A DNA stretch of 64,000 nucleotides from the human T2T-CHM13v2.0 reference genome, Homo sapiens (GCF_009914755.1 NC_060925.1), one strand, 5' to 3'. Counted from the stretch's first letter, positions 37,567-57,806 are shown. Numbers and translations: made by a program. Notes: generated from the sequence alone by a model not told the origin.

Positions 37567-37980
37567 CAGGTTAACAGGAGACAAAGCACACAATTTTTAT
37601 AAACATTTACATGCATAAGAGTTAAAAAAAAAAGTGAAACTCAGAGAAGTGGTTAGGCTCAGGAATTTATACCATTTTAACAAAGAAAGGCAGGTTTGAG
37701 CTTGGAGAGACAACGGATCGTAGGAAAGTGACTAAGAAGCGTATGGGGACGAATGGGGAGTCAGGCGTTATTTCAGTAAGGGTCTCTTCATGTAGACTCA
37801 TCTTGGAGCCAACCGCCTCTGGGGATGAGTGCTCTTCTCGTCCTCTGATGGGGGTGCAGGGACACCTTTACGGGGGAAATTGATGCCTGGCTTTCAGGCA
37901 GTGAGGGGGAGGGCAGAGAACTGTACTTGCTTGTCGATTCTCGAGTGCCTCCAGCTCAGAATAATCCTTAACGCCAAAGT

Positions 37981-38067
37981 GTGGTGGCACGCGCCTGCAG
38001 TCCCAGCTCCTTGGAAGGCTAAGGTGGGAGGATAGCTTGAGCTTAAAAGGTGGAGGTTGCAATGAGC
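37981..38067 (+). mobile_element. Alu right-arm fragment copied from the Alu at 37243-37566
   Basis: Shares private variants with 37387-37473 (see findings). Confidence 0.85.
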
Positions 38068-38074
38068 ATCCTAT

Positions 38075-38257
38075 CTTTTTAAATTTTCTTTTAAATTCAT
38101 TTTAATTTTTTAAATTAAAAAAGTTTTTTTTATTTTTAATATTTATTATATAGAGATGGGATCTCACTGTGTTGCCCAGGCTGGTCTCGAACTCCTGGAC
38201 TCAAGTGATCTGCCCACCTCAGCTTCTCAAAGTGCTGGGAGCCACTGCACCCGGCCT
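38075..38257 (-). mobile_element. FLAM/Alu left monomer
   Basis: tagagatgggatctcactgtgttgcccaggctgg...gccactgcacccggcc. Confidence 0.88.
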
Positions 38258-39524
38258 GGGGATGGCGTATTCTGAGTCCCTTCTCAGGGAAAACCATCAG
38301 CAAGTGAACATCATAGAGGGCTCTGTGCCTCTACTCCCCCCTCCCCCCGCCACCCCTGCCATTTTATTGGACTTGACTGTGGGACAAGGAGGTGTGGGAA
38401 CCTGGGCCAGTCTGCCTTGAGGGTGACTGAGCTGGCACCCCTCTAGGGTTCAGCATTTTGCATATCTCCTCTTCCAAGCCCTGGAGTCTCCATCCTCCTC
38501 CCTCTCTCTTGCCCTGGGCACCCGCACCTCCCCACAGATCATCTGCATTTCTGACTTCCTCCCTCTGTTCTCCTCCTGAGACTGGGTGCCAGGATCAGCT
38601 TTTCCATCTTTTAAAACCATATGCAGTATTTTCCCTCAAAGTTTGTTTCTCTAACGGGTTCACAGTTTTTCTGATTTACTGACTACACACTTTTATGAAC
38701 ACCGATCATTTATTTTTTCCAATACAAAATATTTTCTTCTGCTTAATATTTTCCATATAATATCTCCCTACTTTGAAAAACTTTTAAATAACCTCTTAAA
38801 AAAAAAAAGGGGTATGACTCAGAAGCCTTAAAAGCTGTGGCCACCAGCTGAGATCCTAAAATGACCCAACTGTGGAGCAGGGATAGAATGAAATAAAATA
38901 AACCCCTTTCCAAGAAGCTCAGCCCTGGAGAAGAACATTTGTGAACAGAACTGTGGGCCTGTTGCCATTCTCCACCCTTCTGTTTGGGTTGGCCCCCATC
39001 CTACACGGTCATCTTCTCTCCTAACCAAAACAATGGCTGAGCTCATGGAGATTTTTACATTTTTCCTAAAAAGAAGTTTTATATCTCAATTAATATTTAA
39101 AATTCCAAGTTAGAAGGTACCTTTGGAAAAGTACATTCTTAGGTCAGAAACCCTGTCCTCTGAACACCACTTAAAATAACTCAACAGCCTGCACGAATCT
39201 GAGAATTCCAAGGTCATAGGTTTTTTTTAGCCTTGTTTGTAAGAACAACAAGACCAGCTCACACATGTCCAAGCGTATTACTCACAGTTAAAAGTAATAG
39301 TAAGATTTAATTGGTTTTCTTTTTTCTTCTGTGGTGTGTGTCTATTCATCAGCCTCTTGCCGCTCTAAGTTTTTCCTCCCTCCCTTAACCCACATCCTCA
39401 AGAAGAATTGAAGAATTTTCCAGTTATGCAATTTTGCCTGCAACTTTGCCTAGTGCTAGTCTGGAGTGGAGGAGGGGGTGGGGGATCTTCAGGTTCTGTT
39501 CCATTTCCTTAGCTCCCCCGACTC

Positions 39525-40400
39525 CGTAATTTGAAATCATGAACATTTTCGAACATACCAGAAACAGAGCAAATAGAACAATGAGCCCATCTTCCAACTC
39601 TAACAATCGTTACCATTTTTCAATGTTGTTTTGTTTAGTCTCCACGCTCCAGCCTCTTTCGTTTTGAAGTATTTTAAGCAAACCCTAGAAATAACATAAT
39701 TTCACCCATAAATGCTTCAGTGTGTACCTACCACAGAGAATGTCTTGCCCCCAGTGTAATGCAATACTGCGATGAAGCTAATGCAATGAACAAAAACCCT
39801 TTAATAAGAACTGCTCCAGCCAGAGTGGACCCCAGGCAAGCATCTGGAGGCTGGCTCAGGGCCGTTGCTGGTCAGCAGAGTTGGTGGTCGGGGAGAAGTG
39901 GATGGGGACAGGAGAGTGGGGACAAGCTGGACTTCGTTGATACCTGTGTGTGTGTCTGTCATGCATCAAGTCTAAGAACTTTGGAGAGTCACGGCTGATG
40001 CTTCACGCAGCCTCCCGAATCCCACGACAGTGCCTCTTTTGGCCACCTCTTCACCCAGAACTCCACAGAGAAAGGGATGTGGAGGAATCTAGCTCCAGCT
40101 TCACCACAATGACGTGGTCCAAGCCACCACCACCCTTTCAGGCCCTGTCTGCTTTCCCATTTCCCTGCTTTCTCAATCATGGATTTTTACTGTTGGTTTG
40201 TACAGATTCGGAAACAAACAAAACACCAAGGTTGCCGCTGACTGTCCCGTCTCTTTTAATCTGCCACACTTCCTGCTCCATCTTTTCCCATGACATTGTT
40301 TCTTGATGTACCTGGGCCGTTTGCCCTGCAGAAATTCCCCATATCCGGAATCTGGCCAGTTCTATGCTCCTGGTATAATGGTGGTTGGCTCTCGAGGCTT
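39525..40400 (-). mobile_element. Very old L1M (L1MC5/ME-like) fragments
   Basis: gaagtattttaagcaaaccctag..ataatttcacccataaatgcttcagtgtgtac; heavily diverged and discontinuous. Confidence 0.45.
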
Positions 40401-40414
40401 GATAAGGTTCAAGG

Positions 40415-40731
40415 TTTTGTTTTTGCTGTTTTGTTTTGTTAGCTTTTTGTTTTGTTTGTTTTGAGACAGGGTCTCGCTCTGTTGCCCAGGCTGAAGTGCA
40501 GTGGCATGGTCTTAGCTCACTACAACCTCTGCCTCCTGGGATCAGGTGGTCCTCCCGCCTAAGCTACCTGAGTAGCTGAGATTACAGGATTGCGCCAACA
40601 TGCCCAGTTCATTTTTGTAGTTTTTTTAGAGACGGGGTTTCACCATGTTGGCCAGGCTGCTCTCCAGCTCTTCAGCTCAAGTGATCAGCCCTCCTTGGCT
40701 TCCCAAAGTGCTGGGACCACTGCGCCCAGCC
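40415..40731 (-). mobile_element. AluJ
   Basis: Diverged dimer. Confidence 0.9.
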
Positions 40732-41604
40732 TGAGGTTCTTAGCTTTTTAACTCCCTTTGGGTTCCAAGTCTTGTCCAGGTCATAGGTGGCTGGGAGAAG
40801 CCAGGGAACAGTCAGTGGGCTACCTGGACTTTACTGAGCTTCCTTAACCACTGTGTGTGAATTGTCCCAGGTAGGGAAACTGCATAAATTCCATTGTTAC
40901 AATTGGCTCTGTATCCACCTTGGAAATAGCTAGCTCAGTGTTTCTTCTTTCGGCTTGATGAATCTTCCACGCCTGGTAGTGCCTGTCTCACTTTAGATAC
41001 CAACTGTAGTGTTTCAGTTGGATGAATGTCCAGTGGGAAGGAACCACATCTCTCCCCACCCTGTACGACAACTCTAGGTTCTCTGTTTAACAAAGGACAT
41101 GGAAACTTATGGAAGTGGGACCCCTCTCACCAGGGTGGAAGCAGATGAAACACATTTCAGTGTAGCTTCTAGAGACCCACGGTGGCCTCTCCATGGATTC
41201 CCTAATGCGGCCGATTAACATTGTCCATGCGTTTTGCTATGTCCTTTAGCTTGTTTAGCCTGGTCTTATTGTCACAGTTCAAGAAGAACTTGCTCTAGCA
41301 ATCTGTGACTTTTGTTCAAGATAATTTTTATCAACATTGAACTCTCCTCTTTCTTGAACCAAACTCAGCTTCAGCAAGCCCACATCCTCATCAGGGAAGA
41401 GAAGTCAGACTGAGTGCCTCAGTTTCCCCAAGCTCCATCTCTGCCGAAATTCCCACTGTTTTGGAAAGCCTCTTTCTCTGAAGTTGTTTACTCTCCAGCT
41501 CTGAACTGATGAGCTTTAGGATGAATGTTTGATACAGAGCTTGATGGGAGGATCATGATCCCACCATGTGATTTTTACATTAATCCTTTAAGATTTTCAC
41601 TGAA

Positions 41605-41908
41605 GGCCAGGTGGCTCACGCCTGTAATCCCAGCACTTTGGGAGGCTGAGGCGAGAGCACTGCTTGAGCCCAGGAGTTCGAGACCAGCCTGGGCAACATG
41701 TGAAACCCTGTCTCTACAAAAAATACAAAAATTAGCCAGGTATGGTGGTGTGCACCTGTAGTCCCAGCTACTCAGGAGGCTGAAGTGGGAGGATCACTTG
41801 AGGTCCAGGAGGTCGAGGCTGCAGTGACCTAGGATCACCCCCACTACACTCTAGACTGGGTGACAGAGTGAGACCCTGTCTCAAAAATAAATAAATAAAT
41901 AATAAAAC
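41605..41908 (+). mobile_element. AluJb-like
   Basis: gaggtcgaggctgcag; (TAAA)n tail. Confidence 0.92.
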
Positions 41909-42217
41909 AATGATGATATTTTTGAAAAGACCTCATGGATTGGTGAGAACACATCTACAGGCCAGAGCTCCACCAAGTGTGATTTCAAAACCCCAATCTG
42001 CCGTTCCACTTGTGTTTTGACAGAAGAATATGTGTTAGAGATAAGACAGAGCTCTCAGGAAGCCAGATCAAGGCTGACAGGGACAGGCGCCTCTCCTATG
42101 CACTAGGCTCACCAGTTAGAGTGTAATGGAAGCAAAAGGGAATGTACTAGAAGGGTCTCTTGGACTCATCCAACAGATGTGAGGTTGAGGCACTGAGTTT
42201 GAAAAGGGGCGGAAATT

Positions 42218-42612
<395 letters not shown>

Positions 42613-43580
42613 TCAAAGGGGATGAGGGAAATTCATAAAAGGAAATTCAGATGCTCTAAGGATGGAAGAATGGCTAGAAAGCAACTGAAACCCAACAAAA
42701 ATCCACAGCAGCAGGCAACTCAGACGAGTGTCTGTAATTTAAGTAGAAGGAGAAGCGCCAGCTTTCTTGTATCATGAAAACGTTTACAGTTTCTGGGCTT
42801 AGAAGAAAAAAGCCCTAAAACCTTGAGGATAAAGGAATTCATTTTCTAAAATTCAGTTCTATAAACAACACTGTGAAAGGCCAGAGGAAGGTTATCAGAT
42901 GGGATATTTGTGTTTAATTTCTCAACTTACCACAATCCAGGAGCAGATTTATAGTCATTGGTTGGGAATGTGTCAGCGAGCACCCGAGGTCAGGGAAATG
43001 TGGTCTTTTGCATTTTGAAACACAGAACTGTATGTTTCTTCAGCTGCCGATTTACCAGCTCTCCGGAGACAATAGGCTGAGTTCATTTTGGCTGAGGGAC
43101 ACCGTGACTGACCGATTCTCTCTGGTCGCAGAAATCACGGCTTTCCTTGTTCAGGACATCTGACCAGCATTAGGGACTGGTGAGTCAGTCAGCTGTAAAG
43201 GATGGTTCCTCCAACTGGGGATCTGAGAGATCAGCAAAAAGGGATTTGGGAGGAAATGAAGTTTGTCATGCTGGGCCAGAGTGGTCATATCATTAGAGGC
43301 AGAAAAGTGTCTGCTTCCATTTCTGTTTGTTAAAAATAATTAAACACCTTGGGAGTCTCAGAGAGGTGCTCAGCCCGGAGTCCTTACAGCTGTCCTCAGG
43401 TTGCCGGTCCATAGCTGACCCCTACGGAAGCTCATGGACACCTGAAATTCGTTTTCATTTATAAATGTACACCCATAATGAATCTCTGATGAAAGGAAAC
43501 TTAAGGAACACTGATGACGAAAAGAAAGGCCATCGATGAGAAGAGAATAATAAAATTTCTACAAGTTGGCTGTAACATGA

Positions 43581-43894
<314 letters not shown>

Positions 43895-43944
43895 CCTTCT
43901 CAGCTTTCTTAGCTCTTTCCTTCTCATCAAAATTAGACTTCTCC

Positions 43945-44072
43945 AGGCAAGGCGTGGTGGCTCACACTTGTAATTGAGCAATTTGGGGGTGCCCAGGCAG
44001 AAGGATCCCTTGATCCCAGAAGTTCAAGACCAGCCGGGACAATGCAGTGAGACCCTATAAAAGAAAAAAAAA
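43945..44072 (+). mobile_element. FLAM/Alu left monomer
   Basis: Monomer plus A-tail; TSD aaaatta(g/a)actt.tccag. Confidence 0.85.
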
Positions 44073-44351
44073 GTTGTAAAGAAAGAAACAAGAAAATTAA
44101 ACTTGTCCAGTATTAAAAACTAAAAATATAATGACAACGATGTACAATTTTGCTTGTCATTCTTTAGGAATAAAGATTACCCATATCCGTGATGTGTTAT
44201 TTGCTGAGGCGTTCTTGCAGCTTGCAGCCTGAAACTTTCTCTCTTAACTTGCCATTTAGAAGTAAAATGTGGAATTTACATATATAAAAAACTTCAGTTC
44301 TTAAAAATTCAGTGTTTAAAAACTGACATGCAAAAACTTCCAAACAATTTA

Positions 44352-44705
<354 letters not shown>

Positions 44706-45650
44706 TTATCTTTCTTTTTTGATGCCATAAGATGTATTTAACTTTGAATTTACATTTGCCACAAAATATGTCACTTAAAAATTCATTGAGGAATCAGACT
44801 TTTCTTAACGTAATTAAGTAAAAGTAAATTAAACAGCATGTGTCTCTTCTTAAATGTGATAAAATTGAAATACGTGTTTTTATGTAAATTGGGTTTTTGT
44901 TGTTGTTGTTGCAGTAGAAATTGACCAATTCCAACAGTGGGGGATGGTGTGGGGGTTTCAGCCCCTGACACGCACTACACCCCCCAAAAGAACCAACGAA
45001 AATGAACTCCAATCCGAAAAGGACAGCCTCTTGCTGCGCGAATGCTGCGTGCAACGTTGCTATGTTTCTTTGCCTCACTCTGTGCCAGAATGCGGCCCCT
45101 CTAGCCCTTGGAAAACCTGGAGCTACCACTAAAGCCAACAATGGCCACTGAAGGCACAAAAGGCTCTATGTGGTGGACGAGGGGGACTCAAGAACGGGAA
45201 ACTGGAGCCGCCAGGCCTCAGAACAGCCCCAGGGAATCCAGGGAGCAGGAACTACCAGGTGATCTCTTTAGAAGTCCAAGCTCCCCTTTACTCAGAGCTG
45301 TTGATATGAGTTGCCAAATTGCCTTCTAGAACAAATCTAGGAGTCTTGTGCCTTGGGCCATGTGCTTCTTCTGCAGCCGCTCTAAGCCGACTCCCTGACC
45401 GTCTCTTTTTCTGTGGTCTCAGCCCTACCCCAGGTTCCGCGTATGGGTCTACCAGAACCTTGACCTCCCTAAGGTGTCTGGCATGGGGACACGGCCACCC
45501 AGTCATGATTAGTGGGCTCTCCCCGACTCTACCTCTCTTGCGACAAGTTAGTCTTGAGGCCAGACATCCCCCAGGATTGCTGCTCCTGGCCCTTCCGTGT
45601 GGGAGACACTGCTACTTGCCTACTTGGTAACCATTCCCTCGTTTTGCCTA

Positions 45651-46357
<707 letters not shown>

Positions 46358-46453
46358 TTATCTCCCTGCTTGGAATATGGATATGAAGCTGGAGCTGGAG
46401 CAGCCATCTTAAGCCCATGAGGTGAAAAAAACATGAAGCCAAAAGTCACATAC

Positions 46454-46737
46454 GGCCGGGCTTGGTGGCTCATTCCTGTAATGCCAGCACTTTGAGAGGC
46501 CAAGGCAGGAGGACTGCTTGAGGCCAGGAGTTCAATATCAGCCTGGGCAACATAGCAAGATCCCATCTCTACAAAAAAATAAAATTAGCTGGGCGTGCCT
46601 GTAGTCCTAGCTACTGGTGAGGTTGAGGCGGGAGGATCACCTGAGCCCAGGGGATTGAGGCTGCAGTGAGTGGTAATCTCACCACTGCACTGCAGCCTGG
46701 GTGACAGAGCAAGACCTTGTCTCAAAACAAAGCAAAA
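46454..46737 (+). mobile_element. AluJ
   Basis: TSD caaaagtcacat. Confidence 0.92.
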
Positions 46738-46786
46738 GTCACATGCTAAGGGTGGTGAAGCAGGAAGAATGGTATGTCATAGAGGT

Positions 46787-46945
46787 CAGGCCTGGCCCTA
46801 ACCTTTGGAGACCCAGGGCAAGAGTACAAATGGAGGCCTACAGAGGGTGTCTGAATTTTAAAAAGTATCAAGCAAGTGAACAGACAAACAAAAAATATGT
46901 TCTCTATTCCCATCTTAACAACACATTTCATCATGGCAAAATTTT
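46787..46945. mobile_element. Possible old hAT (Tip100-like) DNA transposon end
   Basis: caggcctggccct...cagggcaagagtacaaatggaggcc...aaaatatgttct; family recalled from memory only. Confidence 0.35.
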
Positions 46946-47041
46946 AAAAATATATGTGAGGTCATGGTTTTTATGTGTCAGCAAAATATGAAAGTCAACC
47001 AAATATTTCAGCACACTTCTCTGTATTCCAGTGCAAATTAG

Positions 47042-47371
<330 letters not shown>

Positions 47372-47500
47372 TCTTACTGTGTTTTAGAATCAGCTTTTTG
47401 AGCACTAGTTATCACGGTAGAGGGGTGTGGACATAAGGATATAAGATGAGACCTATTTGAACAAATAACCCAATAAACCGGGATATAGCCTGGAAGGTTA

Positions 47501-47865
<365 letters not shown>

Positions 47866-48734
47866 GTAATTCTTAAATTTGGGCTTAGTTCATTATGATT
47901 TATGTTATTTTCAAGGAGAAAAAAAACACCCTTTAATTCTTCTTAGTTGGGAAGATATTTTTGGCCTGATCTAAATGATGGCAATTTTATTCCATTTGTA
48001 CATCTTGTACAGTGCTATGGAATCTGAGCTAAGCCAAAATAATTATGAAAACAGCTTCATAAGATAAAGTTTAAAGAAGTTCTTTATAAAGACACATGAT
48101 GGATGATAGCTTTCCCTTTTCTAAATGGCAGTTGCACAGGTCATGCAGAAGGCAAACTTAATAGGTAGCTATTATGTCAAACCTCAAAGAACTTTGAATT
48201 CCGTGGTGGCGGATTCTCTGACCTCACCACCGACATGCAGAGACTTAAATCTTCTAGTGGTTTCAGATTCAGAAATGTAGTCTTTCCATAGCCCTCTTCC
48301 TGTGAGTTGTCAATGGAAAATGCTTCCAGAATTATTGTCTCACAGGCAGCTATGCTTCAGGATAGCGGTTGAAAGTGTACAAGGGTTCAAACTGCATCCA
48401 AGAGGGTTGAAGTGCACAGAGCAGAAGCTTTTAGGTGACAGTTCTTATTGATGGCCGCAAGTCTAGAAAACCCTACTATGCCTGTGGGACCAGCCTGGCC
48501 TCAATCTGTAGCCTTAATTCTGTGAGTTCCTGTCTATTTCTACTTCTGGTCTAGACTGAGCTCCTGCCACAGGCTGCCGCTGGGGCACTCACCTCCTGTA
48601 TCGTGCTACTGGCAGGGTTCTCTTTTTCCTAAGAGACTTGGTCTCTTCTTTGTTTTTTGTTTTCCAAGGGAAGAATGAGGTCTTCATTTTTCTATCACCA
48701 GTACCTACAAGTGTACCTAGCATAAAGAGTAAGG

Positions 48735-49430
<696 letters not shown>

Positions 49431-49652
49431 GATGGCGTCTTCCACCCTCCAGTTTTCACTGCGCTCAAGTTGCTTTCTGTCTCCCATTGCCCTGCTCTTG
49501 CCTTGTTCTGTGCACCCTTTGCTCCGGCTCACCACGTGGAAGCCCTCAGCCCCTGGAGATGCTGAATGCCAGAGACGCAGCTGTGCAGGCGCACACAGAA
49601 GGCGCCGGCTGACCCGGCTCAGGGAGACAGAATCCACACGTGGGAGAAGGGA

Positions 49653-49655
<3 letters not shown>

Positions 49656-49686
<31 letters not shown>
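49656..49686. repeat. (GT)n microsatellite
   Basis: About 15 perfect units. Confidence 0.97.
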
Positions 49687-49688
<2 letters not shown>

Positions 49689-50006
49689 ATGGATGGAATT
49701 GTGTCCCTCTCCGGCCCCAAATTCATAGGTGGGAGCCCTAATCTCCAACGTGATTGTATTTGGAGATAAGGCCTTTAAGAATGTAATTAAGGCTAAATGA
49801 GTGGGGGTTCTAATTTGTGTGGGGACCTAATCCAGTAGAACTGATGTCCTTAGAAAAAGGAAGAGATGAGCTGCCGGGAGATGCTCATGAACAAGTTCTT
49901 TTTCTTCAGGGGGTGAAGAAAGTCCAGGCGTTCGTTTACTCTAGAGCTATGGGTCAGAAAGGGGTTTCAGCATCAGCGTCTGCAACCTTTGTATAACAGA
50001 GGATAA

Positions 50007-50684
<678 letters not shown>

Positions 50685-51159
50685 AGAAAAAGAAAGAGAC
50701 ACTAGGGGTGCTTGTGCCCTAAGTAAAGGTCATATGAGGGCACAGCGAGAAGGCGGCCATCTGCACACCAGGAAGAGAGCCCTCATCCTGATGGCACCTT
50801 GCTCTTGATCTCCAGTTCCCAGGACTGTGAGAAAATAAATTTCTGTGGTGGAGGCCACCCAGACTGTGGTCAGCCCGAGCAGAAGAATACAGTGTGGTTT
50901 TCCCCCAGTTCCTTTCTCATTTAAATCTAGTACATGCTTCCCTGAGCTCTTCCTTGCCAGGCTATAAGAATTTAGCTGTACCACAAGTTTAAACATATAG
51001 GTTATTTCATGTTTGGTTCTATGTTTTTCTCCTTACCCTGGTAACTGTATGCGAATTAACTTTTGGGAGGGTGTGGGGACTGTAGAAGGGAATGCTCTAA
51101 GGGGAGGCCAACAAATAGCTGAGTTTGTCTGTTTGGCTTGAGGGAATATGGATTGAGCA

Positions 51160-51380
51160 GATGATTATAATGGTGACACCTCTGATTAGCACCTTCCAGT
51201 TCACAAACACCCACCCAGGAGTGATCACATTGGTGCCTCCTATTAACTCTGGGAGGTACGCAGCCTAGATAATAGCATGTCTGTTTTAGAGGTGGTACAA
51301 CCGAGGCTTGGAGAGGCAGATGCCTTGGCCAGGATCATAGCTGCAAGTGCGTGTCAGAATCAGGACTCCCAGCCACATGG
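51160..51380 (-). mobile_element. MIR fragment
   Basis: tgttttagaggtggtacaaccgaggcttggagagg..gccttggccaggatcatagctgcaagtg. Confidence 0.6.
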
Positions 51381-51676
51381 TGAAGATGAGAGTGCGTCCC
51401 TGTGTGGTGCTGTGTGAAGGGGTATTTGGGGAAGTTATGGCAATGAACTGGATTATATTGTATCATTCACAGAGGTTCCAGAAGGAGAGGTGTCCACCCG
51501 GGCCACTGCCTGCAGATCTGCGTCCCCCCCGCCATGTGGGCTGAAGGCCGTCTCCTCCATGGCCTTGCACCTTGCTCGGGACTCCTGTGACCCTTTATCT
51601 GTGACCCTTTTTCAAAACAACAAATATTTTCATAGAAATAGATCATTCGTTATCTCTCTGGGTCATTTCTAAAAAG

Positions 51677-51965
51677 GTTTTTTTTTTCTTTTTTTTGAGA
51701 CAGGGTCTTGCTCTGTTGCCCAGGTTAAAGTGCAGCGGTGCTATCTTGGCTCACTGCAGCCTCAACCTCCTGGGATCCTCCCACCTCAGCCTCCCAAGTA
51801 GCTAGGACTGTGGGAATGCACCACCACACCTGGCTAATTTTTGTATTTTTTGTAGAGATGGGGTTTTGCCCTGTTACCCAGGCTGCTCTCGAACTCCTGA
51901 GCTCAAGCAATCAGCCCGGCCTCCCAAAGTGCTGGGATTACAGGCGTGAGCCACTGTGCCCGGCC
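51677..51965 (-). mobile_element. AluJ
   Basis: Full dimer. Confidence 0.92.
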
Positions 51966-52014
51966 TAAAAAGTCTTGTTTGGTTTTTAAACTCTGGGTAA
52001 AAGAAGCCACTTAT

Positions 52015-52543
<529 letters not shown>

Positions 52544-52674
52544 TCACCTGGGATGGCTCAGGCATGGGAGTGGCCATTGTCTGTGGGAAGACCAGGGTGG
52601 GCTGGGGCTGAAAACAGCAGGATTTTTATGAAGAGCAATTAGATGCTGCCCACTCACTTCTCAGAGCATAGCTG

Positions 52675-52795
52675 GGTTCTTGCCCGGGCTGCACTGAATC
52701 ACCTGAGGGGCTTTAAAAATGCTGACGCCCAGGCCTACCCCCCATAACCACCCCCCACCCCCACCACTATGACTTATCTGATTGGAGAGTCTGGG
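52675..52795. mobile_element. MER5A-like hAT-Charlie fragment
   Basis: ggctgcactgaatcacctgaggggctttaaaaatgctgacgcccagg. Confidence 0.65.
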
Positions 52796-53585
52796 GGGAA
52801 GAAACTGGTCCCACTCCTTTGCCCTTCCCTATCTGTCCTTCGGGTTCTGCTGGCCCTCAGAGAGCAAGTGCTCAGGTGCTCCCATCCGCTCTCGCCCATC
52901 TGGAGAGCCTGCCATTTTCCAGCCAGGCTGAGTGGGTGAACTTAATTCTAGGGTGCGGTGGGAGCATGCGCCCTTGGCCAGGAGACAAGAAGCCACCTTC
53001 TCCAAACAGCCGCAGCAGTCAGGGAGCTGATGTTTTGATCTCTGTCTCTCTGACTCCAGCACTCATCTCTCAATTACTCTGCATGTTTTCTCAGGAAGCT
53101 ACTGGGAGATGTGGCCCATCAGAATGAGGGAGTATCCAAGAATAACCAGGAACAAGGAAGACAGGAAATCCCAGAAACAAGGGCTTGAACAGTGAGCCCA
53201 GGGAATTTCCAGGGTGAGGGTGCAGTGGTGAAGGGAAATCCAAGGACAAACTTGTGTGGCAGCGAAGGGAACAGACAGCTAAGCCAGGGCCAGGGGGCCT
53301 GAAGACACAAGTGGGACAGATGGATGGTCAGATGGGTCTAACCACATGGAATGACAGGCTGTCAAGGACTGTGGGGAGACAGGTCCAAATAAAACTAAAT
53401 AAATTCAAATATAAGGCAACTACTAACTTTGGGGCGAACAAAAAGTTGTAGAAGCAGTAAACAATATTCACACCGTCCTAATAGTATAAATATTGAATGC
53501 CGACGTAACCACAGATAGGGAAGATAACATTGTAACTGCATTAGAAAGATGGGGTGGGGACAAGAGCACGAAATCCTCTGATAGG

Positions 53586-53925
<340 letters not shown>

Positions 53926-53965
53926 TCAAGACAGTGAAGTAACTACACAAAAGGAAATAATGGCA

Positions 53966-54130
53966 GTGGGAGGGAGAGCATCAGGATAAATAGCTAATGC
54001 ATGCGGGGCTTAATACCTAGGTGGTGGGTTGACAGTTCAGCAAACCACAATGGCACACGTTTACCTATATAACAAACCTGCACATCCTGCGCATGTATCC
54101 CAGAACTTAAAATAAAATAAAATTAAAAAG
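53966..54130 (+). mobile_element. 5'-truncated L1PA 3' end
   Basis: gggagagcatcaggataaatagctaatgcatgcggggcttaatacctagg...cccagaacttaaaataaaa. Confidence 0.9.
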
Positions 54131-54616
54131 TAACTATCAGAATAACTTGCTAAGAGTTGAAAGTACCCAGGAGAATTGGGTAGGAAGGGGGCAAGAGATT
54201 GCTCTTTCCCTTGGTTTTTGCCTTGTAACAAATCTTTAATACTAGTTGATCCCCCGCCAAAACACACAAATTAAAAATGTATGTTTCACCTTGACACACA
54301 TTTTAGAAATTTTGCCCTGTATTCGGTACCCAACTCTTGCTCAGATTTGAAGAAGGCAAGCTTCACCCAATATATGCCCCATGAAGATCATCGGTCCCTT
54401 TGTATCTCTAACATGTAGGCAAGCTATTCACACTATAAGTGTGTAATTGAAATATATCATCAATAATAAAAATGATCAGTTACATACCAGGAATTCTTTA
54501 GTGTCATTGATAGCAGAAAGTGCAATTCTGTGTGCTAATTTCTGAGAAAAGGGAGTTGGTGCTTGATTTCAGATAGGATGAAAGAGAGTTTTGGCTTGTC
54601 TAATGTTTGTGCATCT

Positions 54617-54752
54617 TTTTCTTTCTTTCTTTTTTTAAAAATTAAATAGAGAAGAGGGTCTCACTACACTGCCCAGGCTGGTCTTGAACTCCTGGACTCA
54701 AGCAATCCATCTGCCTCGGTCCCCCAGAGTGTTGTGATTATAGGCATGAGCC
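54617..54752 (-). mobile_element. FLAM/Alu left monomer
   Basis: Monomer; TSD tttgtgcatctt. Confidence 0.85.
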
Positions 54753-54925
54753 TGTAATTTTTGTGCATCTTGAGGTAAACCCTGCTGAACTCTTTACCTA
54801 ACACAACGATGCTTGATCCACACCACATTCAGAATGCACAGGGGATAGGCTGGTCCCTTAACATTGTGTGTGACACAGACACAGCACACCTTCAGTTCTT
54901 TAAGCCAAATCTCAGCTAAACTTGA

Positions 54926-55231
54926 TTCTTTTTTTATTTTTATTTTTTTGAGATGGAGTCTCGCACTGTCACCCAGGCTGGAGTGCAGTGGCACAATCTT
55001 GGCTCACCGCAACCTCCACTTCCCTGGATCAAACAATTCTCGTGCCTCAGCTTCCTGAGTAGCTGGGCCCACAGGTGTGCACCATCACGACTGGAGAATT
55101 TTTCTATTTTTAGTAGAGACGGAGTTTCACCATGCTGGCCAGGCTGGTCTTGAACTCCTGACCTCAAATGATCTGCCCGCTTCAGCCTCCCAAAGTGCTG
55201 GGATTACAGGCGAGAGCCACTACCCCTGGCC
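54926..55231 (-). mobile_element. AluS
   Basis: TSD ctaaacttgattct. Confidence 0.95.
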
Positions 55232-55389
55232 TAAACTTGATTCTAATTGGCGGGTTTAAAAAAAAAACCACAGACACTCTATAATGTAAACAATCTTAAT
55301 CATATTTCAATACTAATTTATACTCCCAGATACTTCCAAAAGGACTTTGAGGTAGCATACGGTAAAATACTAATGAAAATCAGTAAAAC

Positions 55390-56590
<1,201 letters not shown>

Positions 56591-56821
56591 CAGTACCTTC
56601 GTAAAACCGAAAAAACATTAAAATAAGAATGAAGTGACAAGTGCAATTTAAGTCAGGAACTTGTTAGGTGAAAGTACTGAGGTGAAAACAGACCTTTATT
56701 CTGAATTCTCTGAGGAGCTGATCAAAGGAGGGATGAGTTACATAGGGCACATTGTCTACGGAAAGAAAACAGACCTGTTTTCCGGGAGAGACAGGCCAAC
56801 TCTGAGATGAATTTGTCCCAG

Positions 56822-57115
56822 TTTGTTGCTGTTGTTTGTTTCAGAGACAGGGTCTCTTTCTGTCCCCCAGGCTGGAGTGCAGTGGCACAATCTCCTCTCA
56901 CTGCAATCTCTGCCTCCCAGGCTCAAGCGATCTTTCCACCTCACACGCCTGAGTAGCACCCACCACAACACCCGGCTAATTTTTGTATTTTTTTGTAGGG
57001 ATGGGGTTTCACCATGCTGCCCAGCTGGTTTTGAACTCCTGAGCTCAAGCGATCCATCCTCCTGCCTTGGCCTCCTAAAGTGCTGGGATTATAGGTGTGA
57101 GCCACTGCGTTTGGC
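56822..57115 (-). mobile_element. AluJ
   Basis: Diverged dimer. Confidence 0.9.
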
Positions 57116-57448
57116 TAGTTTTTATTCCTCATGGAGAAATAGCATAATGGGTGATGAGCCCGACTGGGCTGTCACTAGAAGTTCTACACATTACCATTTC
57201 GTATCAATCCAGGTTTTAAAAACCCAAGAAGGCCTGATGCTGCTACATTGTAGCTCATCAGGATGGTTCTGTGCTGCACACAGATTGGAGGACGCAGATA
57301 TCTTTCTTCAGGATCAGTGCTTACGGTTTCATTTTAGGAATATCTATTTGCCCCTCAACTTTAAAGCTGAGTCAGGGCTGCGCCAGATGTGTTTTGTCTG
57401 CTTCTATACTCCTGACTTGTTCATTTTTCCCTTAAAGGGCTGCTTTCT

Positions 57449-57806
<358 letters not shown>
